This document shows positions 39,669 through 54,374 of a stretch of DNA of 64,000 nucleotides, piece by piece (within the stretch, counting starts at the first letter, position 1; every line of letters starts with the position of its first letter). The notes beneath the pieces were generated by a model. The model saw only the letters and a list, made by a program, of their open reading frames with translations, did not search any database and was not told the DNA's origin. Source of the DNA: Octopus vulgaris. Taxonomy: Eukaryota. A program made the position numbers and the translations under genes. The DNA lies in the NCBI GenBank assembly GCA_951406725.2, contig OX597815.1:930001-994000 (forward strand), written 5' to 3'.

Positions 39669-40342
39669 CATATATATACATACATATCAGCCATTGTGCT
39701 GGGAACCAGGAGTGGCTCATTCTGTTGTTGTTGTTGTTGTGGCTGCTGATTTTCTAGCTGTTGTTGTTCTTGAACTGTGAAAATATGAAGAAGCTTTTCA
39801 AAATGGCCTCTTATCAGTTTGAAAGATACTTCGATATGTTTCAACTTGCTACGAATCTGTTTGACGGATCGTGTGTTGACCACTTGTGATGTTTTTTCGG
39901 CAATCTCATTCAAACACAAGACATTTAGATTTTCTGTTTGGGAAAGAGAGAGCCATGTGTTTATTAAAACATCAATTTCGTTATCAGACCAATTTCGTCT
40001 GTTGCAGGCCTGCAAGTTAGTCATGTTTGTTTTTCTTTTGTTTGTTTTCCTTTTGATTTTTGAAAATATATATATTCTTTCTTGGGAGTTAAAGAAGTGT
40101 ATATATATATAAATGTTCTCTCTTAAGGGTGTGAGTTTTTGATTATTTGGTTGTTTGAGGATATTAAAAGAAAAACAGGTGTATATAACAATTTGTAGTT
40201 AAATGAAAACGTACTTACAGGTTTGTAGGCAAACACGTGGTTACAAATATATATATATTTAAGGTCAGTTAGTTTTAAAGATGTGTAGCTTGCTACTGAC
40301 TTGGGAGAGAAACAAATAGACGTCCATCCACTTCAACAGTTA
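35553..40342 (-). mobile_element. Near full-length CR1/L2-group non-LTR retrotransposon in an ANO8 intron
   Basis: 5' UTR 40025-40342, coding 40024-35645, short 3' UTR with hairpin, and (TATCAAAG)3 tandem tail at 35553-35578. Confidence 0.92.
35645..40024 (-). pseudogene. LINE polyprotein: Myb/SANT-like N-terminus, polyQ, 2x CCCH zinc fingers, APE endonuclease, reverse transcriptase; broken by a microsatellite and ~3-4 frameshifts
   Basis: RRNWSDNEIDVLINTW...RSVKQIRSKLKHI; ICRYSLRQRLCTNSDCIFTHLPGTRR and a second copy; APE motifs LNAQG, LTETHL, LYRPP, GDFNLP, LDLVF, SDH; RT motifs NYRPISLTS, QHGFR, YLDFSKAFDRV, GVPQGTVLGPLLF, FADDSK; C-terminal LYSLQRRRERY. Confidence 0.9.
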
Positions 40343-44056
<3,714 letters not shown>

Positions 44057-44058
<2 letters not shown>

Positions 44059-44482
44059 TTTAGGAAAACGAATATGGAAGAAAAAAAAAATGTGCGGAAA
44101 TCAAGAGGGTGGAGAGAGGAGTTGAGAAAGTTCACAAGATCCCAGTTTTAGAGAGTGGGGAATAAATCCAAATTTTAAATACTCCTCTGAGTATTGAACC
44201 TGCATCACTCATTTTATATATTTTCACCAATAAATAAATATGGAGGAATTAAAAAAAAAAAATTTTAAATATCCTTTACACCCCTCCTGCACAAATTTAT
44301 CCAAGTTTTGACACTTTAGAGACATCAAATCTTCTGAATCTGACTACCAAGACTCATAAGATCTGATGTCTCTAAAGTGTCAAAACTTGGATAAATTTGT
44401 GCAGGAGGGGTGTATAGGATATTTTTAATTTTTTTTGTTTTTTAATAATTCCTTCTTGAATTTCCCCCTTTCTCTTATTGAT
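44057..44482. repeat. ~425-bp segment containing a long palindrome; copy 1 of 2 (copy 2 at 47429-47859)
   Basis: Near-identical to 47429-47859. Internal inverted repeat ...cacccctcctgcacaaatttatccaagttttgacactttagagacatca / tgatgtctctaaagtgtcaaaacttggataaatttgtgcaggaggggtg. Confidence 0.95.
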
Positions 44483-44564
44483 ACATACATATATACATAC
44501 ATTGATACATATATATATACATACATATATATATACATACCATACATACATACCATACATACGT

Positions 44565-44664
44565 NNNNNNNNNNNNNNNNNNNNNNNNNNNNNNNNNNNN
44601 NNNNNNNNNNNNNNNNNNNNNNNNNNNNNNNNNNNNNNNNNNNNNNNNNNNNNNNNNNNNNNNN
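44565..44664. other. Assembly gap (100 N) inside a microsatellite (44482-45500)
   Basis: Run of 100 n. Confidence 1.
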
Positions 44665-45298
44665 TACATACATATATATATATATATACATACATACATA
44701 TATATATATACATATATATATATACATACATATATATATACATACATATATATATATACATACATATATATATATATATACATACATATATATATATATA
44801 TACATACATATATATATATATATACATACATATATATATATATATACATACATACATATATATATATATACATACATACATATATATATATATACATACA
44901 TACATATATATATATACATACATACATATATATATATACATACATATATATATATATATACATACATACATATATATATATATACATACATATATATATA
45001 TATACATACATATATATATATATATACATACATATATATATATATACATACATATATATATACATACATATATATATATACATACATATATATATATATA
45101 TACATACATATATATATACATACATATATATATATATATACATACATATATATATATATATACATACATATATATATATATACATACATATATATATATA
45201 CATACATATATATATATATACATACATATATATATATACATACATATATATATACATACATATATATATATATATACATACATATATATATACATACA

Positions 45299-45336
<38 letters not shown>

Positions 45337-45499
45337 CATACATATATATATATATACATACATATATATATATATATACATACATATATATATATATATA
45401 CATACATATATATATATATATACATACATATATATATATACATACATATATATATATATATATACATACATATATATATATATACATACATACATATAT

Positions 45500-46786
45500 A
45501 TAAAATCCTTAAAAAATCCTTAAAAATGTTTTAGCCCGAAGGCCGCGGCCATGCTGGGGCACCACCGCTGAATGAGCTACACTAGTTTGTGAATCCACCT
45601 CTGATACGTGGCACTTGATCAACAAGGAGTTCGATGCTGCTGCCCGCATCCGTGTCTCCTGTCGTGAGGTAGGTTCATCTGGGACTCCCAACAAGAAGAG
45701 ATCCAGTTTAGTTTTAAAGAAACCCACATCCACACCATGTAAGTCTCTCAGGCATTTAGGGAGGATGTTGAAAAGCTGTGGTCCTCTGAAACCCAAGCTG
45801 TTGCAGTATCTGGACCTGTATTTTGATGGTGATGTTGGAATCCTTGGCACCACGCAGCGGCGCCCCGTTCTGCGGTTGGAGTAACTTTGAATGCCAAAGT
45901 TTGGGACAAGACCCTCCAGGATTTTCCAGATGTATATTACTGCATATCTCTCCCGCCTCCGCTCCAGGGAGAAGAGGTTTAATACCTTCAGTCTTTCCCA
46001 GTAGCTGACATTTTGCATTGAGACGATTTTCTTTGTGTAGCTTCTCTGAGTTGCTTCGAGTTCTGCTGTTTGTTTTATATTGTGTGGTGACCAAAGTTGG
46101 GAGCAGTAGTCCAAGCGGCTGAGGACAAATGTTTTCCATAGGACCATCAGTGTCTCCTTCTCTCTTGTTCTGAAAGTTCGGAGAATCCATCCAGCTAGCC
46201 GTCTGCATTTTATCACCAGATTAGCAATATGCATTTGGAAAGATGCATCATTGCTCATGTCAATGCCCAGGTCACGCACTGATTTTGACTCAGGGATTGC
46301 AATTCTTCCTGGGCCAGTGTATCCAGTCTTCACGTCATTTACCTTTGTGTGCCAGTAGCGCAGGGCCTGGAACTTACCTGCATTAAACTGCATGTTGTTG
46401 TCCTCAGCCCACCTGTATATTGTGTCCAGCTCATGTTGCAGATGCGCAATATTTTCAGGGTTCTGTATTGCGTGGGAGACCTTTGTGTCATCTGCATAGC
46501 TAGCAAGGGTGGTCATCGTAGCAACTGAAGGCATGTCTGAAAGGGCCACTATGAACATCAGTGGCCCCAAGACAGTGCCCTGTGGGACACCGCTTGTTAT
46601 TTGCGTTTCCCTGGAGGTGGCTCCATTGCTCACAACTGCCTGTTTTCTGTCTTTTAGGAAGTTGTGCAGCCACTCTCCAAGTTTCCCGCCTATGCCGAGA
46701 CCACGCAGTTTGTGACAGATCATACCATGGTCGACTTTATCAAAGGCTTTTGCAAAGTCAAGATATATTACATCCACATTTGAGCC
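45500..46786 (-). mobile_element. 5'-truncated CR1/L2-group LINE with an uninterrupted RT/C-terminal ORF (45509-46777, 422 aa)
   Basis: [69 protein letters not shown]. No internal stops. 3' end ggtggtgccccagcatggccgcggccttcgggctaaaac followed by a short (AGGATTTTTTA) tandem tail. Confidence 0.93.
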
Positions 46787-46798
46787 ATAAAGCTACGT

Positions 46799-46883
46799 TT
46801 CCCAAGCATAGGGCCGGAAATCGAATCCAGGCCGCCGCGGTCGAAATCCATGCTGGGAATCCTAACCACTAGACCACTTGGGA
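46799..46883 (-). other. tRNA-Glu-derived sequence (Pol III-type head) fused to the LINE; not a canonical tRNA
   Basis: TCCCAAG TGGTCTAGTGGTTAGGATTC...CCGCGGCGGCCTGGATTCGATTTCCGG...CTTGGGAA parallels metazoan tRNA-Glu (TCCCTGGTGGTCTAGTGGTTAGGATTC...GGGTTCGATTCCCGGTCAGGGAA), with extra bases in the anticodon arm and before the acceptor 3' strand. Confidence 0.75.
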
Positions 46884-46885
46884 CA

Positions 46886-47428
<543 letters not shown>

Positions 47429-47430
<2 letters not shown>

Positions 47431-47859
47431 TTTTAGGAAAACGAATATGGAAGAAAAAAAAATGTGCGGAAATCAAGAGGGTGGAGAGAGGAGTTGAGAA
47501 AGTTCACAAGATCCCAGTTTTAGAGAGTGGGGAATAAATCCAAATTTTAAATATTCCTCTGAGTATTGAACCTGCATCACTCATTTTATATATTTTCACC
47601 AATAAATAAATATGGAGGAATTAAAAAACAAAAAAAATTAAAAATATCCTTTACACCCCTCCTGCACAAATTTATCCAAGTTTTGACACTTTAGAGACAT
47701 CAAATCTTCTGAATCTGACTACCAAGACTCATAAGATCTGATGTCTCTAAAGTGTCAAAACTTGGATAAATTTGTGCAGGAGGGGTGTATAGGATATTTT
47801 TAATTTTTTTTGTTTTTTAATAATTCCTTCTTGAATTTCCCCCTTTCTCTTATTGATAT
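47429..47859. repeat. Copy 2 of the palindrome-containing ~430-bp segment
   Basis: Differs from 44057-44482 by a few substitutions and homopolymer lengths. Confidence 0.95.
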
Positions 47860-48345
47860 ACACTGGGCAGAGACATTTGCAGTTTCAGGTCTTCTTTTAT
47901 TTCTTTCAGCCAATTAACCAAGGCCATGCTGGGGCAGTGCTTTCAAGGGTTTAGTCGAAGAAATTGACCCCAGGACTTTTTTCTTTAAAGTTAGATAATT
48001 ACCCTATTAGCCTCTTGCTGAACTGTTACGTTACAGGGATGTGAACAAACCAACACCAATTGTCAAGCTATACCAGGGACAAACTGATATTGTGGCAAGC
48101 TGGCAGGATGGTCAACACGCTGGGCAGTGTTTCATGTCTTAACTTTCTGAGTTCAAATTCCGTTGAAGTCGAGCTTGCGTTTCATAATTTCAGGGTCGAT
48201 AAATTAAGTACCAGTTGCATACTAGGGTCGATCTAATCAACTGGGCCCCTCTCCCAAAATTTCAGGCCCTGTGCCAAGTGTAGAAAAGAATCTGTGTGTG
48301 TAAATGTGTATGGGTGTATATGTATATATATATGTATGTATATAT

Positions 48346-49209
48346 ACATGGGCCGTGACTGCTGAGGATATGCGTAAGCTTGCAAGAAATGAAGCCAGTA
48401 TGCTCCGTTGGATGTGTAATGTCAGTGTTCATACCTGACAGAGTGTAAGTGCCTTGAGAGAAAAGTTGGACCTAAGAAGCATCAGATGTGGTGTGCAAGA
48501 GAGGCGTCTACGCTGGTATGGACACGTAGTAAGAATGGATGAAGATAGTTGTGTGAAAAAGTGCCACACCCTAGCGGTTGAGGGAACCTGTGGAAAAAGT
48601 AGACCTAGGAAAACCTGGGACGAGGTGGTGAAGAACGACCTTCGCGCTTTAGGTCTCACCGAGGAAATGAACAGAGACCGAGACGTTTTGAAGTATGCTG
48701 TGCGCGAGAAGACCCGGCGGGACACGTGAGGCCATAACCCATGGCCCCTACCTGAGACATAGTCAGTCCACCTGTGCATACCTTCCTTCTTGGGACACAT
48801 AACTCTACTTGTGAAAACCTGTTGAGGCAAGTGAAAATCAAATCAAATCAAAATCGATGAACATCAATGGAATTTGCATTTTTGTGGTACTAGTGCCGGT
48901 GGCACATAAGAAAGCCATCCGAACGTGGCTGTAACCAGTAACGCATCAACTGGCCTCCGTGCTGTGGGCACGTAACAAACACCATCCGATCATGGCCGTT
49001 CGCCAGCCTCGTCTGGCACCTGTGTCGGTGGCACATAAAAAGCACCCACTACACTCACGGAGTGGTTGGCGTTAGGAAGGGCATCCAGCTGTAGAAACTC
49101 TGCCAAATCAAGATTGGAGCCTGGTGCAGCCATCTGGTTCGCCAGTCCTCAGTCAAATCATCCAACCCATGCTAGCATTGAAAGCGGATGTTAAACAACG
49201 ATGATGATG

Positions 49210-49210
<1 letters not shown>
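48346..49210 (+). mobile_element. RTE LINE 3' end (ORF C-terminus + tail)
   Basis: LREKLDLRSIRCGVQERRLRWYGHVVRMDEDSCVKKCHTLAVEGTCGKSRPRKTWDEVV followed by the (GAT)n tail. Confidence 0.9.
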
Positions 49211-49261
<51 letters not shown>

Positions 49262-49893
49262 CGCTTGTAAAGACCTGTTGAGGCAAGTAAAATCGTTGTG
49301 CCGAATGACAGTGCCGCCTGACTGGCACCTGTACTGGTGGCACGTAAAAAGCACCATTCAAGCATAGATGATGCCAGTACTGCCTGACTGGCTCCTGTGC
49401 CGGTGGCACGTAAAAAGCACCCACTACACTCAGAGTGGTTGGCATAAGGAAGGGCATCCAGCTGTAGAAACTCTGCCAGATCTGACTGGAGCCTGGTGCA
49501 GCCATCTGGTTCGCCAGCCCTCAGTCAAATCGTCCAACCCATGCCAGCATGGAAAGCAGACGTTAAACGATGATGATGACACATACATCCAAATACATGT
49601 ATATATAAATATACATACACATAAGGCTGAAGGTTCCACGCAGTGGGACTGAACCTGAACCCACATGGTTTGGCTTCTCAACCACAATACCACCACATTG
49701 TTGTGGTAGAACAGTAGGGAAGAATTGTATTAAAAGTCTGTTGTAGAGAAATATCTGAGGTCAATATAGAAACGGTTTGAAGGATGAGAGGGAAACAACA
49801 GGCTTAGAAGAATCAGAGGCAAAGAGGAAGTTTGGGAATTCTGTTGAAGACAAAAACTGAAAAGAAGTAATCACAGAGTTTGGCAATACTTAC

Positions 49894-50091
49894 AGCCCAG
49901 GTTCCAATATTCTCAACTTGTTGGCCGAAAGGACGCCGACAAGTCATGCAAAGTTTAAATGCATCCGAACGAATTTCTATGACATTGTTGAGTAGAGCGC
50001 AGAGGGCAGCGAGGGGGAAAGCGGAAGAGAATAGAGTCACGTAGCCAAACTGGATGAACATTTCCAAATAATCTTCAAACGTGTCTTCATA
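49894..50091 (-). CDS. ANO8: Anoctamin-8-like exon (Ca2+-binding region)
   Basis: YEDTFEDYLEMFIQFGYVTLFSSAFPLAALCALLNNVIEIRSDAFKLCMTCRRPFGQQVENIGTWA with canonical AG/GTAAGT. Closely resembles the ANO8 subfamily sequence as I recall it. Confidence 0.95.
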
Positions 50092-51400
50092 CTGCAAGAA
50101 AAGGAAAACTAGGAATGAAAGAACAAATCAATCACTGAGCTTCTATGTTGTCCATTAGTGGTGGTGGTGGCGGTGGAGGAGAAGCGTCTCAAAGAGGTTT
50201 ACAATATTGACTTAGAAAATGTTAGAAATTTTTGGTTGGTTCCAAGTGAGACATACATAACCATGTCTCCTATCAGACCACATCACTGCAGCATATGTGA
50301 CGATGGAGTTCTTTCTTTTCATGGTTAAAATTTTCTAAACTCGAAACATCTTTATTATTAATTTCTATGAAAAATGGATTTTTGTCATTTGTAGAAAAGT
50401 TTAGGAAAATCTAAAGGTGGGAACAAAACCATGAAGATGTATATTGCAATGGTTGATCTGCTAGCAATAGCAGCCAAATACCCTTTCAATTATGTTCTGC
50501 TGTCCTATTGGCAGGAAAAACCTCCCAAACTTTACATGACCGTTAGTGTGGTGCTAGGAAAGTTAGGCAGATGATGGTAATGGCATCTTTACCAAGCTAA
50601 TGTTTTACCATTTCTTTCCAGTTACCATTCTGGTTTGGACTGGGGCATTGCACAATGGTGTTTGCTGCTGAAGTGTTTATCATGAATGATGTATGTGAGA
50701 TTTTTTTGGCTGCAGAACATAATAATTATAATCTGAAAGGGTGAGATGGTCACAGCTGGAATGTCTTTGATCATAGGTCTGCTGAATAAGGGTTAGCCAG
50801 GGGTTAAACAACAACAAAAACCAGGAAGGATTTTGATGAAGTTTGATGATTTAGGGACAGAGGGGAAAATTTATAGTTATAGGGTCCAGAATTCCTTCTA
50901 GAGTAAAAAAAACCTTGATAGAGTTGAAGTAAAGTTAGGGGTCTTTATAAATTTGAAGGGTGTTGGATTAGTAATTGCATGGAAATATATGAAGGAATTG
51001 GAATGGTGTACATACAGAGGGGATTGTATTTAAGGGGTTAATTGTAAGGGAAAATGTAGCGAGAGGTTAGGGGACAAAAGTGGACATTGAGAGGCCAAAA
51101 ACGAATAAGAAAATACTAAGGATTGATGACATGATAGGGGTCAGCAACACTCAGAAAGAAGACAAATATTGATATTTGGAAGAAGGAAGATGAGGGGGAG
51201 AGAGAGAGAGAGAAGATGAGAAAGAGAGAGAGAAGATGAGGGGGAGAGAGAGAGAAGAATGTATGTAGTCAGAAAATGGAGATTGGGGTGTTTGGTGAAT
51301 ATTATGGTTCGTCACAGAAGGATTGGTATTTTGAAGTATGTGAAGAAGAAATGGTGGTGGTGGTGGTGGTGGTAGTGGTGAATGTATATCTAGTTCTTAC

Positions 51401-51817
51401 CTCACTCATCGTACTTTCAACTTCAGCTTGACTCGGTGAGTTCCCAGCTGAAGCTTTGCGAGGGGGCAGTTCCATACGGTCCCTATTGTCAGACAAATCC
51501 CCAATCAAAGATTTTTCATCTTCATTTTCAGGATTGTTCCCTGCAGTTTTTTCTTCACTGCTTTCTTGCTGATCAGCCGTTTCATTTGTGTTGGTCATCT
51601 CTGGAGTGAGATGTTCCTCTTCTTCCGCCGATGCTTCAGAGTTGCAGGGTTTTTTATTCTCTGTATTTAATGGAAGTTCACCACATTCCTTCTCTGGTGA
51701 TTCCACTGTTGTGATCAGTCCGGCTTTTATCATACGAAAGTGCCACATCAGATATGGTAACAAAGCTTCTTTCACATTTCCGATAATTTGGCGCATTATT
51801 AGAAGAGCCATCAGTTG
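51401..51817 (-). CDS. ANO8: Anoctamin-8-like exon with acidic cytoplasmic loop
   Basis: tttcAG|, QLMALLIMRQIIGNVKEALLPYL...EEEEH...SQAEVESTMSE, |GTAAGA. 417 nt, phase 0/0. Confidence 0.9.
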
Positions 51818-52417
51818 CTGAAATGATAAAAGGAAATGATGAATGCCATCACAAGTCACTGAAGAATTTGAAAGATCTAAAGGTTAGCCTTAAATCTAAA
51901 CACAGCAATAGAGGTGAATCCACATATCTATATCTATCTATATATATATACACAGAGACACACACACACACCTCCACAAAACGATCATAGAAAGTGTGAC
52001 CCCAAATGACATTTGTCCGGCCAGCCTACGCACAACACACACTCAGTGACACGAGACTGGACAGAGAGTAGAGCCAAAATTCTTAGAAAACCACAGGAGG
52101 TCCAGTAGGCCAACGGAAATAATACTTCTTCTTCCCTCTCAGATACAAACACACACACACACATACACATACACACATGTTTTCTCTGTCTCACTTCCTC
52201 CTCACCCTTTTATACTGTCTTATTCCTCCCCACTACTACGAAACTATAAAATGTTCAAATTCCCCACAAAGGAATTGATTTGATTTGAAAACCCCACTGG
52301 ATTGGGAGAAAGCGCTAATCCGAATGATATGATCTGAATGATATGATATATATGTAAAAAATGTAATATATAAATAAATATCTATAAATATGAACCATCC
52401 GATCTGATTACCTCATT

Positions 52418-52467
<50 letters not shown>

Positions 52468-52469
<2 letters not shown>

Positions 52470-53703
52470 GGGATTGGACAGAATAATGGAAACACCTTAA
52501 AATTTCAAACAAATTTATTTTAATATGGAGTGGGACCGCATTTGGCAGTAATTACAGCTTGAATTCTATGAGGTATGGGCTCGTACAAAGTTTGAATTGT
52601 TTCCAAAGGAATTATTGTCCATTCTTCAGCTAAAACAGTCTCCAGTTCTTGTTGTGATGATGGTGGAGGATATCGACTCCTTACTTGCTTTTCTAAAATA
52701 CACCATGTTCAATAATATTGAGACCTGGAGACTGTGGTGGCCGGATAAGATATTCAACTTCACCAGAATGTTTCTCATGTCATTCAGTAACAACTTTAGC
52801 TGTGTGAATTGGTGCATTACCATCCCGAAAGATGTTTCCCACCAGAAACAGTTCCACAACCATAGGATGAATTTGATCAGATAAAATGCGTAAATAGTCT
52901 TGACTCTTAATTCTGCAATGAAGGGAAACCATTGGGCCAGCAGATTCCCAAGATATAGCCCTCCTGCCACCAGATCATCACAGATCCTCCTCCATGTTTA
53001 ACAGTTGGAAGAAGGCAGTCTGGATCAAATGCTTCTATTGGTTGTATCCACACTTATACTCGGTTGGTTGTCCAGGAAAATAACATTCTTCCACTGCTCT
53101 AGGGACCAATTCTGTAGGTTTTTGCTCCACTCTAAATGCTTTGCAATGTTTATTTTTGAAAGTAGTGCTTTTCTGATTGCAGCCCTCCTGTGAAACCCAG
53201 CTCCCAACGAACAGTTTTTGCAGAAACTGGTTTCTCAAGGTGATCATTAAGGTCTGCAATAATTTTGGAAGCTGTACTTTTGTGATCCTTTCTAACAATT
53301 TGCATAAGAGTGTGATGGTCCCTATCTGAAAGTTTTGGTTTCCTTCCGGAGTTTTCTTCCGACGAGGAGGTTTTTCCCTCTTCCTCAAAGGCTGTCATTA
53401 CTTTCGAGACAGTACTTCTTGATACACCAAACATTTCGGCTGTTTCCGTTACGCTAGCGCCTGCCATACGAGCACCAACAATTTGACCTCTTTGAAAGTC
53501 TAATAGATCTGTCATTTTAATGAATTTTAATTACCTTTTTCTGATGATACCTGAAAAGAAACAGCAATTTTAGCCAAACATTAAGCAACACTAATAATAA
53601 ATCAAAAAAATTTTAACATAAACAAGCTTTTGATGGTTTTACAGATATTTCAAAATTATGATTCTATGATGCTAGGTGTTTCCATCATTTTGTCCAACCC
53701 CTG
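52468..53703 (-). mobile_element. Tc1-family transposon with both 30-bp TIRs and a frameshifted, internally deleted transposase
   Basis: TIRs CAGGGATTGGACAGAATAATGGAAACACCT / AGGTGTTTCCATCATTTTGTCCAACCCCTG followed by TA. ORF MTDLLDFQRGQIVGARMAGASVTETAEMFGVSRSTVSKV...SGRKPKLSDRD (paired-like HTH), WSLEQWKNVIF.D. Confidence 0.9.
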
Positions 53704-53839
53704 TATATCAGACAATGCTTCTTGAAAACTCTAAGGTAAAGTGTAAACAGTTATTCTGTTTTCACTCCTATATTCCGGTTTGCATTGCATTGGCTTTTAA
53801 ACAACTTTTATCTTAACTTTTACAGAAACTGGCACTCAC

Positions 53840-53914
53840 CTCTCTCAAGAGTTCCATGTCTTGCAGATAGAATGCGATGTAAAACAGAGACAGGAATGAA
53901 TTCACAAACTGAAA
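53840..53914 (-). CDS. ANO8: Anoctamin-8-like exon
   Basis: cttttcAG|, FQFVNSFLSLFYIAFYLQDMELLRE, |GTGAGT. Hallmark FQFVNS...FYIAF motif. Not in the ORF track because it is only 75 nt. Confidence 0.92.
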
Positions 53915-54374
53915 CTGAAAAGAAATGTTCAAATATTGTAATAAACATTTAATGCTACTACTACTACTATTACTACTACTACTACTACTACGAATAATAA
54001 TAATAAATAATAATACTTCTTTCTATAACAGGAACAAGAGCTGAAATTTTGGGGGAGGTTGGTTAGTTGATACCAGAACACAACTGGTACTTTCTCTGGT
54101 GTGAAAGGATGAAAAGCAGAGTTGACCTCAATGGAGTTGGAATTCAGAATGTAAAGACAGACAAAATACCGCAAAGCATTTTGCTCAGGAAGGTAACAAT
54201 TCTGCCAACTCACCAGAATAATAATAATAATAATAATAATAATACACAAATAAATAGAAGAGTACCATATCATGTGAAATTTGTTGAACAGTATTTCGGC
54301 ATCTAGTCTGCCTTCCACAGGTTCAAAAATTACATGTCAGTCAACTTCATACACAAATACACATGGAAACACTT

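Noticed and set aside
46799-46883. Functional tRNA-Glu gene
   Set aside because: The anticodon arm is disrupted, extra bases precede the acceptor 3' strand, and it runs into LINE sequence. Reported as tRNA-derived only.
51985-52194. Possible alternative ANO8 exon
   Set aside because: No clear splice pair or anoctamin similarity, and it ends in a stop.
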